64,000 nt of DNA from Syntrophorhabdaceae bacterium (GTDB lineage: Bacteria; Desulfobacterota; Syntrophorhabdia; Syntrophorhabdales; Syntrophorhabdaceae), in contig CAXXUO010000001.1 of assembly GCA_963666485.2 (NCBI GenBank), positions 320,001 through 384,000 on the forward strand, written 5' to 3'. Below are positions 49,523 through 60,198 of this stretch, piece by piece. How positions within the stretch are numbered: the first letter of the stretch is position 1; each line of letters starts with the position of its first letter. Under the pieces are notes generated by a model, which saw only the letters and a list, made by a program, of their open reading frames with translations, was not told the DNA's origin and did not search any database. The translations under genes and the position numbers were made by a program.

Positions 49523-51025
49523 ATGCGAATTCTTTTTATCTACCCCAACATAAACACCCAGGTCGGCTTCAATTACGGTATTTCGTATATTTCCGGGTTT
49601 CTGAAGGAAAAAGGCGTCGAGACCGGGCTGCTCAATATCAATGAAAAGCTGGGATACCCCTTCGACCTCAACCGCATAAAAGAGGACGTCCTCGCGTTCC
49701 GGCCGGACATGATCGGTTTTTCCGTCCTTACCAATCAATATAAATATGCCCTCGAGATAGCGAGAGACATAAAACGATACCTCGATGTCCCCATTTTGTT
49801 CGGCGGTATCCACGTTACGATGGACCCCGTCGAAACGCTGATGCAGGACGAGGTCGATCTCATCTGCATCGGTGAAGGAGAAGAGGCCCTTGCGGAGCTC
49901 CTCGCAAAAGGGAACCCGGTTGGCGTTCGCAATATCGGGCGGAAGGAGAACGGCAAGCCGGTGATCGAGCCCCTGCGCCCCTACACGGATATAAGCACAT
50001 TGCCATTCAAGGACTACGAGATCTTCGATTTCCAGAAGATGATCGACGCGAAGGACGGGTGGGTCGGGCTCACCGCCTCGAGGGGCTGCCCCTTCCGGTG
50101 CACCTACTGCCTCAACCACAAGATAATCGATGTCTATAAAGGCAGCGGCCACATGCCGAGGGGATACATACGCAGGCACACGGTCGACCAGATGATCGAA
50201 GAGATAGAATATCTCCTGAAGAACTACGAGCGCATCACGATGTTCATATTCGACGATGATATCTTCACGTTCGACAAGGCATGGCTCAGGGAATTCACCG
50301 AGCGCTACCGGTCGATCACCAGCATCCCCTTTGTTTGCAATGCCCACGCGCGCATCTTCGACGATGAAACGGCGCGCCTTCTCAAGAATGCGGGATGCCG
50401 CATCGTCAAGTTCGGGCTTGAGAGCGGCAGCGACCGGATACGCCGCAAGGTGCTTCAACGGTACATGTCCAACAAACATATAGCGGACGCTTTCGCAACA
50501 GCTGAAAAACACGGGCTCCACACGTCCGCCTTCGTCATGCTCGGGCTCCCTTATGAAACGATCGAAGACATTCGCGATACGGTGGACCTCCTTGCCGAGA
50601 TAAAACCCGGAAGGTTCAGGTGGTCGCTCTTCTTCCCGTTCATCGGGACAAAGGCCTACAGCATAGCCGAGTCATCCGGCCAGATCGATCGAGAGCGCAT
50701 GGAAGAGCTCGACAACTTTACCGACGAGACCTGCATGAGGCTCGGGGACGATGTCGACCTCTACTGCGACAAGGTCAAATCGATCCTGTGCGCTTTCGTG
50801 AATGCCCGGTCGGGGCTCGAACATACCGACGGGTTCCGCCGCCTTGTAGACGAGGTAGAATCGATGGACTCACACTCCTGGCGGGACAAAAAGGAAAATA
50901 TTTTCAAGATAATAGAGAAACTCAACGAAGAGATGGAAAAATCGGGTGGACTCCATTATACTGTGAAATACAATCCTTTTATGGGCGTACGGAGTGACTG
51001 GAAAGACGATAGTATATCTTCCTAA
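49523..51025 (+). CDS. B12-binding radical SAM protein
   Basis: GGIHVT, GEGE, SRGCPFRCTYC, DDDIF, GLESGS. Confidence 0.9.
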   Translation: MRILFIYPNINTQVGFNYGISYISGFLKEKGVETGLLNINEKLGYPFDLNRIKEDVLAFRPDMIGFSVLTNQYKYALEIARDIKRYLDVPILFGGIHVTMDPVETLMQDEVDLICIGEGEEALAELLAKGNPVGVRNIGRKENGKPVIEPLRPYTDISTLPFKDYEIFDFQKMIDAKDGWVGLTASRGCPFRCTYCLNHKIIDVYKGSGHMPRGYIRRHTVDQMIEEIEYLLKNYERITMFIFDDDIFTFDKAWLREFTERYRSITSIPFVCNAHARIFDDETARLLKNAGCRIVKFGLESGSDRIRRKVLQRYMSNKHIADAFATAEKHGLHTSAFVMLGLPYETIEDIRDTVDLLAEIKPGRFRWSLFFPFIGTKAYSIAESSGQIDRERMEELDNFTDETCMRLGDDVDLYCDKVKSILCAFVNARSGLEHTDGFRRLVDEVESMDSHSWRDKKENIFKIIEKLNEEMEKSGGLHYTVKYNPFMGVRSDWKDDSISS

Positions 51026-52976
51026 CTGGCTGGGCGACATGGTGATGGCCGTGCCGTTCCTCCATGCCTTAAGGGCAAGCCTCAGGGACGAGTTGTGGGT
51101 CATCGGCAAGGAAAGTGCGATCCACCTTTATAATGGCCTCAATCTTTTCGATCGCTTCGTTCCTGTTGGCAGCGGGGGGTTGTCTTTTTTCATCGATACA
51201 GGCGGTCAGTTAAGGAAGATCGACTTTGCCCGCGCCATCGCAATGCCCCATTCTTTCAGGTCGGCCCTTTTCTTCTGCAATCTCAGGATCCGTGAGATCA
51301 TAGGATATGCCCGCAACAGGCGGGGCTTTATCCTCAGCCGGAAGGTAGAGGAAAGCCGTGGTCTCGAATCAACCGTCGAGCATTACCTGAAGATATCGGA
51401 CACCCTCGGCATACCGCGCTCGATCACGACGCCTCATCTCGCCGTCACGCCCGACGAAGAAAGTAAGTTTGACCAGGAATTTACAAAGATCGCAAGGCCT
51501 TTCGCCGTCATGGTCGTGGGGGCCCAGTACGGGCCTTCAAAATGCTGGCCCGCTGAATATTTCTCGGAACTGGCCGACAGCATGATAGAAAAATTCGATC
51601 TGAACGTGTACATGCTCCCCGGCCGTGATGAAAAGGCCATCGCGGACAGGGTATATGCCGGGATCACGCATAAAGACCGTGCCGACATCCTGTCGATGAA
51701 TATACGGGACATGAAGGTGTGCCTGTCGCGGGCGGCCGTTGTCGTGAGCAATGACACGGGGCCGCGCCATATCTCGGCCGCGCTTTCGGTACCGACCATC
51801 GTGTTCGCGGGGCCTATGGATGAAGAATATACGGCCTATTCAAGCCCGTCGACACGCGTCCTGTCGAAGGATGTGCCATGCCGCCCCTGCAATAACAAAA
51901 GATGTGAAAAAGGCCATGAGTGCATGACGGAGATAAAACCCCGGGAAGTTGCCGGAATAGTGGGAGACATCATTGGAAAAAGACCTGAACACGGGAATCT
52001 GCCCTATTTTCTTGATCAATTTGCCGGCAAAAAGATCTGCGTGGTGGGGGACATCATTGCCGACGTGTATATCTTCGGTAAACCGTACCGCCTGTCGCGG
52101 GAGGCCCCCGTCGTTGTCGTCAAGTACGAGGAATCGAAGATCTACCCCGGCAGCGCCGGCAACACGATAAACAATCTCTCCGCCCTGGGTGCCGAGGTCT
52201 ATCCCGTCGGCTTCATCGGGAGCGACTCGATCGGCGGTAAGCTCCTCGATTTCTTCGCGTCGGCGAACAACGTTGACACCAAGGGCATCATAAAGCACGC
52301 CGGCGAAACGACAACAAAGACACGCATCCTCGCCGGCGATACTCACGTATCGAAGCAGCAGGTCATTCGCATAGACAAAGACGACCACCGAAAGTACACG
52401 GTGAAAGAAAGGTCCCTTCTCATGGACAGTCTCGCCGCGATTGCCCCGCTCGTCGATGCCATCATCGTATCCGATTACGGGCACGGAGCCGTGAGCGCGA
52501 AGGTGCTTGAATTTGTCAGGGACGCAGCGAAAAAAACCATCGTCGTCGGCGACTCGCGGTACAGTCTCCGGAAATACACCGGGCTGACAATGATAACGCC
52601 GAACGAATCGGAGGCGTACGGCCTGGCAGGTCTGCCGGATGATGCGGCGATAGAGGAAGTCGGGAAAAAGGTCCTCTCCGGGATGAACCTCAAGGCCCTG
52701 CTCGTCACGCGCGGGAACAAAGGCATGACCCTTTTCCCGAAAAACGGCAAGGTGCACCACATACCTATATCCGGGAAAGATGACGTAACGGACGTAACCG
52801 GTGCCGGGGACACGGTCTGTGCCGCGGCGGCACTTTCGCTCGCGAGCGGCGCCGATTTCCTCAACGCCGCGAAAATAGCGAATTACGCAGCCGGTATCGT
52901 CGTCATGAAGCGCGGAACGGCGACGGTGACGGTGGAAGAGCTGAGGAAGTCGATTATGAATGGGGGGAAGATCTGA
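50994..52976 (+). CDS. Apparent fusion: GT9 heptosyltransferase II (WaaF-like) + heptose-7-phosphate kinase (HldE/RfaE domain I); probably two genes joined by a 1-nt deletion
   Basis: PNWLGDMVM...NDTGPRH...CRPC, then VVGD, RLSREAPV, SDYG, TPNESE, DVTGAGDT. Confidence 0.85.
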   Translation: MTGKTIVYLPNWLGDMVMAVPFLHALRASLRDELWVIGKESAIHLYNGLNLFDRFVPVGSGGLSFFIDTGGQLRKIDFARAIAMPHSFRSALFFCNLRIREIIGYARNRRGFILSRKVEESRGLESTVEHYLKISDTLGIPRSITTPHLAVTPDEESKFDQEFTKIARPFAVMVVGAQYGPSKCWPAEYFSELADSMIEKFDLNVYMLPGRDEKAIADRVYAGITHKDRADILSMNIRDMKVCLSRAAVVVSNDTGPRHISAALSVPTIVFAGPMDEEYTAYSSPSTRVLSKDVPCRPCNNKRCEKGHECMTEIKPREVAGIVGDIIGKRPEHGNLPYFLDQFAGKKICVVGDIIADVYIFGKPYRLSREAPVVVVKYEESKIYPGSAGNTINNLSALGAEVYPVGFIGSDSIGGKLLDFFASANNVDTKGIIKHAGETTTKTRILAGDTHVSKQQVIRIDKDDHRKYTVKERSLLMDSLAAIAPLVDAIIVSDYGHGAVSAKVLEFVRDAAKKTIVVGDSRYSLRKYTGLTMITPNESEAYGLAGLPDDAAIEEVGKKVLSGMNLKALLVTRGNKGMTLFPKNGKVHHIPISGKDDVTDVTGAGDTVCAAAALSLASGADFLNAAKIANYAAGIVVMKRGTATVTVEELRKSIMNGGKI

Positions 52977-52983
52977 AAAGATC

Positions 52984-53067
52984 GTTCTACGTTCTACGTT
53001 CCGCGTTCTACGTTGATAATATCCCGCGTAACGAAAGTCTTTAACGTAGAACGTAGAACGTAGAACG
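52984..53067. repeat. Inverted heptamer-array element (GTTCTAC/GTAGAAC)
   Basis: Arms 52984-53014 and 53043-53067. Confidence 0.88.
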
Positions 53068-53082
53068 TTTTCTGGAGAAAAG

Positions 53083-53565
53083 ATGGGCAAAGTGATCGAA
53101 ACCCTGGATGAACTGAAGACCATCATTGATGCGGTGAAGGCGGCGGGGAAGAGGGTTGTTTTCGGGAACGGGTGCTTCGATATCGTGCATGTGGGGCACG
53201 TCCGGTACCTGAAAGGGGCGAAGGAACTGGGGGATGTCCTCATCGTTGCGGTTAACGATGATTCGTCAGTGACCGGTCTCGGCAAGCGCAAAGAGGTCGT
53301 AACACCTGCCAGCGAACGGGCGGAGATCATATCGGCACTCGATTGCGTGGACTATGTGGTACTGTTCGGTGAACCCACTGTCGAGAATCTTCTGCGGACG
53401 CTGAAGCCTCATATCCATGCCAAAGGGACCGACTATACCGAGGATAACGTCCCCGAGCGGGACATTGTCGTTTCATATGGAGGCAGGGTAGCGATCGTCG
53501 GCGACCCGAAGGACCATTCAACCCGCGACATTATAAAAACCATCAAGAACCTGCAAGAAAAATGA
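53083..53565 (+). CDS. Heptose-1-phosphate adenylyltransferase (HldE/RfaE domain II)
   Basis: [23 protein letters not shown]. Confidence 0.88.
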   Translation: MGKVIETLDELKTIIDAVKAAGKRVVFGNGCFDIVHVGHVRYLKGAKELGDVLIVAVNDDSSVTGLGKRKEVVTPASERAEIISALDCVDYVVLFGEPTVENLLRTLKPHIHAKGTDYTEDNVPERDIVVSYGGRVAIVGDPKDHSTRDIIKTIKNLQEK

Positions 53566-53639
53566 CGTGGTCAAACACTGCTTTCTGATTTGATTTCAAG
53601 CACTTTTTGGTGTATTGTAACACAATCGGACCCATCAAA

Positions 53640-54431
53640 ATGTACAAAGAACAGGCCACAAAGCTGCCTTTATCTATTTATATGATCACATTCAACAATA
53701 GCGCCACTATAGCGAGAGCGCTTGAGAGTGTCGCCGGGTGGGCAGACGAGATCGTGGTGGTCGATTCACACAGCCCCGATGGCACGGCCGATATCGCCTC
53801 GCGGTATACCGAACGGGTGTTTCATCTCGATACGAGTGACCTGAGGGAAAAATACCAGTATGCCCAGGACCAGTGCAGAAACCCCTGGGTCATGTTCATC
53901 GACGCGGATGAATGGCTTACCGGATCTTTTAAGCGCGAGGCAGAGGATATTGTCGGGTCGCTATCGGCGTGCGACGGCTACATCGCCGACCGCAGGAACA
54001 TCTATCTCGGACGCGAGATCAAACACGGGGGATGGTACCCGGACAGGGAGATACGCCTCTACCGGAAGGACCGGGGAGGCTGGCAGGGAGGCATCCACGC
54101 GAAGGTCCATGTCGAGGGGCGCGTCGGCCACATGAAGAACCATTACATGCACACCCCCTACGCGGATACGGCACACCAGATCCGCACCATAGACCGGTAT
54201 TCGGAGGCATACGCCCGTGATCTCTATAACGCCGGGCGCCATTTTCATTTTTCTAACATGGTCCTGCGCCCGGTCTATCGTTTATTCAGGGACTATATCT
54301 TCAAAAGAGGTTTTCTCGACGGCATCCCGGGGGTCATTATCCTGGCGTCGACGATGTATTATGTGTTCATGAAGCACGCACGGCTCTGGGAGATGGAGAA
54401 AGCAAACGGAGGGGGGAAAAGTGTTCAATAA
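53640..54431 (+). CDS. GT2 LPS glycosyltransferase (WaaE/KdtX-like)
   Basis: VDSHSPDGT, IDADE, GGWYPD, GFLDG. Confidence 0.85.
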   Translation: MYKEQATKLPLSIYMITFNNSATIARALESVAGWADEIVVVDSHSPDGTADIASRYTERVFHLDTSDLREKYQYAQDQCRNPWVMFIDADEWLTGSFKREAEDIVGSLSACDGYIADRRNIYLGREIKHGGWYPDREIRLYRKDRGGWQGGIHAKVHVEGRVGHMKNHYMHTPYADTAHQIRTIDRYSEAYARDLYNAGRHFHFSNMVLRPVYRLFRDYIFKRGFLDGIPGVIILASTMYYVFMKHARLWEMEKANGGGKSVQ

Positions 54432-55398
54432 CAAAGAGGTCCTTGTCACCGGGGGACTGGGTTTCATAGGGAGCAACCTGTGCATTGAACTGGTAAAGAA
54501 GGGCGCCCGCGTCACGATCATCGACAACATGCTTCCGCGGCAGGGCGGCAGCATGTTCAACATCCGCGATATCGTGTCAAATGTTTCCGTCAACATCTCC
54601 GACGTTCGCAACCAGCTCTCCATGAACCACCTGGTGAAGGGCAAAGACTATATCTTCCACCTCGCCGGGCAGGTCAATCACGTTGACAGCATGAAAAACC
54701 CCCTGCAGGACCTGGAGATAAACTGCGTCGGCACTCTTGTGCTTCTCGAAGCCCTGCGCCATAATAACCAGGATGGGAAGGTTATCTTCGCGGGCACCCG
54801 CGGCGAGTATGGCTCCAGTGTCAGCCTGCCCGTGGACGAAGACCACCCGACAAATCCCAAGGGCGTCTACGCCGTGACAAACCTCACCGCCGAAAAACTG
54901 GTCCTCGTCTACGACGACGTGTTCGGGGTAAAGGGGACGTGCCTGAGAATTACCAATACATACGGGCCGCGCCACCAGATGCTCCACGATGAGTATGGTG
55001 TTTTCAACTGGTTCATCCGCAAGGCCATGGACAATGAAGAGATACCCGTCATGGGGGACGGAAGGATACTCAGGGATTTTCTCTATGTTGAAGACCTGGT
55101 CAGTTCCATGCTTCAGGTAGCATCGGCGGAAGAAGCGTACGGCAAGGTATTCAATGTAGGCACGGGAGTTCCCGTAAGCTTCTTTGACCTCGCCGAAAAG
55201 ATAGTCGCGATAGCGGGGACAGGCAGGACGAAATTCACGGAATTCACACAGGAACGAAAAGAGGTCGAGCCTGGCGATTATTATGCCGATATAACGCGTA
55301 TCAAAAACATCACCGGGTGGGAGCCTGTCGTTTCCCTCGACGACGGTATCGCAAGGACCATGGATTTCTACAGGCAATTCAGGAAAGAATACTGGTAA
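54421..55398 (+). CDS. NAD-dependent epimerase/dehydratase
   Basis: TGGLGFIG, HLAG, TNTYGP, RDFLYV. Confidence 0.9.
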   Translation: MFNNKEVLVTGGLGFIGSNLCIELVKKGARVTIIDNMLPRQGGSMFNIRDIVSNVSVNISDVRNQLSMNHLVKGKDYIFHLAGQVNHVDSMKNPLQDLEINCVGTLVLLEALRHNNQDGKVIFAGTRGEYGSSVSLPVDEDHPTNPKGVYAVTNLTAEKLVLVYDDVFGVKGTCLRITNTYGPRHQMLHDEYGVFNWFIRKAMDNEEIPVMGDGRILRDFLYVEDLVSSMLQVASAEEAYGKVFNVGTGVPVSFFDLAEKIVAIAGTGRTKFTEFTQERKEVEPGDYYADITRIKNITGWEPVVSLDDGIARTMDFYRQFRKEYW

Positions 55399-55399
55399 G

Positions 55400-56137
55400 A
55401 TGACGAATTCACATCAACCGAAAGCCCTGGCCCGCGACGGCACACATGAAAAGGTTGCGGCTTTTCTCGATAAGAGACCCCGTGGGCGGATCCTCGATGT
55501 CCCCACCGGTGAAGGCGCTCTTGCCATCATGCTCAAGAACATGGGGTTTGAGGTTTCCTGCTGCGACATCGAGACGGAACGTTTTTCCGCTCCTGGGCTT
55601 ACGGTCGATCGCGGGGACCTCACGAAAAGGCTGCCTTACGATGACGGGGTGTTCGATTACGTATGCTTTGTAGAAGCGATAGAACATATGGAAAACCCGT
55701 ATGCCGCGGTGAGGGAATTGTCCCGCGTGACAAAACCCGGCGGTGTCCTTATCTTGACGACGCCGAATTATCTCAACGTGGAAAGGCGGCTCAAGTTTCT
55801 CGTAACGGGGTATTTCACCAAGCCCGTTTCGGGAAAGACATTCCGGGAACGCTTCTCGGGGCAGACGCATGACATGCACTCTTCTCCCATAGGTTATACG
55901 CTTATCCGCTTCATCCTGGAGCATGCCGGTTTCACCATTACAGACATGACCTACGATCGAAAGAAGAAAAAACAGGTCTTTCTGAAGCCCGTGGTCTGGC
56001 TCATCAGGCTGTACTGTCGCCTGTGGGGCAGATCCAAACGGAAACAATACTGGCTGGACGAAACGGCAGGGCCCGTCATTCTCGACGGAGGGAATACCCT
56101 CATACTATTCGCTCAAAAGGACGGTATATCCGCATGA
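55400..56137 (+). CDS. Class I SAM-dependent methyltransferase
   Basis: ILDVPTGEG, EAIEH, KPGG..ILTTPN. Confidence 0.85.
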   Translation: MTNSHQPKALARDGTHEKVAAFLDKRPRGRILDVPTGEGALAIMLKNMGFEVSCCDIETERFSAPGLTVDRGDLTKRLPYDDGVFDYVCFVEAIEHMENPYAAVRELSRVTKPGGVLILTTPNYLNVERRLKFLVTGYFTKPVSGKTFRERFSGQTHDMHSSPIGYTLIRFILEHAGFTITDMTYDRKKKKQVFLKPVVWLIRLYCRLWGRSKRKQYWLDETAGPVILDGGNTLILFAQKDGISA

Positions 56138-57246
56138 ATGTAAAGATCTTCGATATAGACCGGGACCATGCCGCGATCAAGCCAGAGCTCATCGAAACCA
56201 TTTAAGAATGTCCTGTCAGGCGGCGAATTCATTCTTGGGAAAGAAGTACGCGCGCTCGAGGAGGAATTTGCCGCGTACGTGGGAACGAAATATGCCGTCG
56301 GCGTTGCGAGCGGTACCGACGCGATAAAGATCGGAGGCCTCGCCCTGGGGCTTAAACCGGGAGACAGGTTCGTCACGACACCCAACACGTACATTGCAAC
56401 GGCCATGGCATTATCGGAACATGGCTGCATCCCCCGGTTCTGCGACATCGAGGACGACTCGTACAACATGGACCCGGCCGCCCTGGAAGAACTCCTGAAA
56501 AAAGACCCCGGCATCAGGCTCTGCGTCCCCGTCCATCTCTACGGGCAGCCATGCAGACTCGATGAGATCAGGGAAATTTGGCGGACGGCACGGCGTCATG
56601 GTGATGGAGGATGCCTGCCAGGCACACGGTTCGCGTTACACGGACAGGAACGTCGGCACGATGAGCGATGCAGCCGCCTTCAGTTTTTATCCGACAAAAA
56701 AATCTCGGCTGCTATGGTGACGGCGGGATCATCGTCACGGACAATGACGAGGCATACAGCCGGATGATGGTCTTAAGGGCACACGGGCAGACCGACCGCC
56801 ACGTCCACGACGTACAGGGTTTCGTGTCGCGGCTTGACGAGCTCCAGGCAGCGCTTCTGCGCGTGAAGCTGCCCTGTCTCGACGAGTGGAATATCGCGAG
56901 GAGGCGCAACGCATCCCTCTACGATGCGGGCCTTGAAGACCTGCCTGTTAAAAGGCCCGTCGAAGCCCCCTATGCGTATCATGTCTACCACCTTTATGTC
57001 ATAGCCGCCGAGGACCGTGATGCCCTGCGCGCATACCTCAGCGAAAAAGGCATCATAACCCTCGTACATTACCCGACCCCCATACATCTTCAAAAAGTGT
57101 ACAGCCACCTGGGATACGGGCCCGGTTCATTCCCGGTGTCCGAAATATCGGCCCGCCGGATCATTTCCCTGCCCATGTACCCGTCGCTCAAGGAGGAGGA
57201 GATCGCATTTGTGTGCGGGGCAATAAGCGAGTTTTACGGGAAATGA
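56134..57246 (+). pseudogene. DegT/DnrJ/EryC1/StrS aminotransferase broken by three +1 frameshifts (or sequence errors)
   Basis: [30 protein letters not shown](C)YGDGG, SRLDELQAA recovered by removing single bases near 56198, 56580, 56700. Confidence 0.85.
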
Positions 57247-58376
57247 GGGTCCTGCACCTTTTCAGCGACTGGAAATGGACAGGGCCGGCTGAACCGGTGC
57301 TGTCGCTGTGCGAAAACCTTCAGAACGAGGGTGTGGACGTCGTCGTTGCGTACCGCAAGACACCGATCGATTTCCCCGAGAGAACGGTGGGCAAAGAGGC
57401 CCAAAGGCGAGGCCTGCGCTGCTTCGAGGGATTGAGGCTCAACAGGTACTTTTCGGCCCGCGACTGGGTCCATGACCTGACATCTTTCGGCCCTTATACC
57501 GAAAAGGAAGGCTTCGATGTGGTCCATACCAACCTTTCGCACGATTATTTTACCGCGATAACGGCCCTCTCGTTTCGCAGGAACCGTCCGCGCATCGTCC
57601 GGACGGACCACAAGCGCGACGGTCTCCCTCCGAACATTTTCATGTCCTGGGCAATGGCGCGGACAGACGGCCTTGTCACGTACAGCCGGAAGCTGGCAAA
57701 GCTCGATATGAACAATTTCAGTTTGCCCGAAGAGAGGCTGTGCATTGTCCCGCCGGGCGTAAAGCCCTACGAAGGCCCTGCCGGAGACTTAAGACAGGAG
57801 TTGGGGATATCGCCCGATGATCGCGTGATCGGGGTCATTGGCCGTCTGAAACCCGACCGCGGCTACGATGTGGTCCTCAAAGCCTTCAGTATCCTGCGCT
57901 CCCGTGTTGACAGGGTCAAGCTTGTGATCGTCGGCCGAAGCTCCCAGATAGAGGCGAGCGTTATGAGACCGCTCAAGGAACTGGGCATCGAAAAGGATGT
58001 TATCGTTGCGGGCTACCGTTTCGACGATTATTTCCTCATGATACAGACATTCGATATTTACATCATGATGCGCGCGGGGAGCGACGGAAGCGGCCGGGCA
58101 CTCCGCGAGGTTTTGAGCCTCGGGCGGCCGGCCATCGTGTCCGACAGGGGAATGCTTCCCGATCTTGTCGATGACGGCAGAACGGGCTTCGTGACGAAAT
58201 GGGACGCCGTAGAACTTGCCGTCAAAATGGAAACCCTCGTAAATGACGAGGCCGCCCGGCGAAGTTTCGGGGAAAATGCGCGCCGCCGGGCCGATGAAGA
58301 ATGGAGTTTCAGGCTCCAGGCAAAGGCAATGAAGAATTTTTATGAAGCATTATTACGCATGGGACCGCGAAGATAA
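57243..58376 (+). CDS. GT4 glycosyltransferase
   Basis: MRVLHL..WTGPAE, IGRL, DGRTGF. Confidence 0.85.
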   Translation: MRVLHLFSDWKWTGPAEPVLSLCENLQNEGVDVVVAYRKTPIDFPERTVGKEAQRRGLRCFEGLRLNRYFSARDWVHDLTSFGPYTEKEGFDVVHTNLSHDYFTAITALSFRRNRPRIVRTDHKRDGLPPNIFMSWAMARTDGLVTYSRKLAKLDMNNFSLPEERLCIVPPGVKPYEGPAGDLRQELGISPDDRVIGVIGRLKPDRGYDVVLKAFSILRSRVDRVKLVIVGRSSQIEASVMRPLKELGIEKDVIVAGYRFDDYFLMIQTFDIYIMMRAGSDGSGRALREVLSLGRPAIVSDRGMLPDLVDDGRTGFVTKWDAVELAVKMETLVNDEAARRSFGENARRRADEEWSFRLQAKAMKNFYEALLRMGPRR

Positions 58377-58419
58377 TCCTCTTTATTTCTTTTTCCGATT
58401 ATTGTACAGTGACAAAAAA

Positions 58420-59559
58420 ATGAAGATCGGCCTGGCAATCTACAATTTTGACCCAAAAAAAGGGGGCGCTGAGCGCTACACATACGACCTCGCCGGAAGG
58501 CTGGCAGCGAAGGGCCATCATGTCCTCGTTTTTTGTGCCCATGGCAAAGAGTCCGCCGGCGTCACACTCATACCGCTCAAGGCAATAAAATACCCGCACT
58601 GGCTGAGAAACCTCACCTTTGCCCTTTCGCACAGGCGCGCCCTTCGGGAACACCGGCCGGATGTCATGCTTGGTTACGGGAACGTCCTCTCTCTCGACGT
58701 GTACCAGAGTCACGGCGGCGTCCAGCGGGTATGGATGGAACGAGAGATCGCGAGCTATGGCCCGCGGGGTAAAAAGGGCCTCAAGCCGCTTCTGTTGAAA
58801 TTGAGCATTAACCAGGCGGTCCAGCGCTGGATAGATGGCTACGCGGTGCGAAAGAACCGGTTCAACCGGATAATCGCCATCTCCGACATGGTGCGCGATC
58901 ACATGTCCGAACATTTCGGCGTCGCAAAAGAAAGATTCGATATCGTCTATAACGGGGTCGACACCGTGCGTTTCAGGCCCTCCCCGGAGCCGCCTCCGGG
59001 TCCGACGGTGATACTTTTCTGCGCCGGCAATTTCAGGCTCAAAGGTCTAGCTCCCCTCATCCGGGCGTTTGCCAGGGTTGCGGGCGAGGTGAAAGACATC
59101 CGGCTTATGATCATGGGACGGGGGAACAGAGACCCCTACATGAAAATGATCGATGAAGCAGGCATGCGCGGCCGGATAGAATTTATCGGTGAGACCTCAC
59201 AACCTGAAGATGTATACCGCAAGGCGCATGTCCTGGTCCACCCCACCTATTATGATGCCTGTTCCCTGACGACAATGGAGGCAATGGCCTCGGGGCTGCC
59301 GGTGATCACCACGCGGTGGAACGGCGCATGCGCATTCGTTTCCCCGGAGGAAGGCTTCATTATTGACGAACCGGACAATATCGATGTCCTCGCATCGGCT
59401 ATTAAGGCACTGACCGACTCCGGCAGGCGGACCGCAATGGGTCAGAATGCACGCAGGAAAATGGAACAATTCACGATGGATAAAAATGCGGACGAGATCG
59501 AAGCGGTGCTCGCAAGATCGAAAACCGAAGGCGCTGCGGGTGGTGCACATGGCCGATGA
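58420..59559 (+). CDS. GT4 glycosyltransferase (WaaG-like)
   Basis: GGAERY, YNGVD, KGL, EAMASGLPVI. Confidence 0.88.
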   Translation: MKIGLAIYNFDPKKGGAERYTYDLAGRLAAKGHHVLVFCAHGKESAGVTLIPLKAIKYPHWLRNLTFALSHRRALREHRPDVMLGYGNVLSLDVYQSHGGVQRVWMEREIASYGPRGKKGLKPLLLKLSINQAVQRWIDGYAVRKNRFNRIIAISDMVRDHMSEHFGVAKERFDIVYNGVDTVRFRPSPEPPPGPTVILFCAGNFRLKGLAPLIRAFARVAGEVKDIRLMIMGRGNRDPYMKMIDEAGMRGRIEFIGETSQPEDVYRKAHVLVHPTYYDACSLTTMEAMASGLPVITTRWNGACAFVSPEEGFIIDEPDNIDVLASAIKALTDSGRRTAMGQNARRKMEQFTMDKNADEIEAVLARSKTEGAAGGAHGR

Positions 59560-60196
59560 TTCCCGGTCGCCCTATTATTTCAGTCCCCGTCACGATATGA
59601 TAGAGCTCATACCCGCAAATGCGCAGCGGGTCCTCGAGGTCGGATGCGCCGGGGGCGCAACGGGCAAGGAACTGAAGGAGCGCGGGATCACAGAGATCGT
59701 GGGCATCGAAGTTGTCGAGGATATAGCACGTTCGGCAGAGCCTTTTTATGACGCCCTCTACGTCGGTGATGTAGAAACGGTCCCGCTTCCCTATAAGCAC
59801 GGCCATTTCGATTGCATCCTCTACGGCGACGTCCTCGAGCACCTTAAGGACCCGTGGGCCCTCCTCGCCAGGCACAACAGGATCTTGCGGCATAACGGCA
59901 TGATCATCATTAGCGTGCCGAATATACGCCACTACCGGATCGCCAAAAAACTCGTGCTGAAAGGCGAGTGGAAATATACCGACGACGGGATCATGGACCG
60001 GACACATTTACGCTTTTTCACGCTCGGGTCGACCCGGGACATGATAGAAAATGCAGGATTCGAGATACAGGCGATCATAAAGAAACCTTCCGGCGCAGGC
60101 TGGCTCAAAGGACTTAACACGTTGTCCGGCAACCGGCTGCTAGAATTCCTGGTGCGGCAATACATAATAAGCGCCCGAAAGATACGGGAGGTGTAG
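59549..60196 (+). CDS. Class I SAM-dependent methyltransferase
   Basis: VLEVGCAGG, DVLEHL, GIMDRTHLRFFT. Confidence 0.88.
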   Translation: MADDSRSPYYFSPRHDMIELIPANAQRVLEVGCAGGATGKELKERGITEIVGIEVVEDIARSAEPFYDALYVGDVETVPLPYKHGHFDCILYGDVLEHLKDPWALLARHNRILRHNGMIIISVPNIRHYRIAKKLVLKGEWKYTDDGIMDRTHLRFFTLGSTRDMIENAGFEIQAIIKKPSGAGWLKGLNTLSGNRLLEFLVRQYIISARKIREV

Positions 60197-60198
60197 CG

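Noticed and set aside
29271..53067. Heptamer arrays as CRISPR repeats or simple terminators
   Set aside because: No repeat-spacer-repeat series; separate canonical terminator hairpins sit beside two of them (~29811-29842, 45574-45607).
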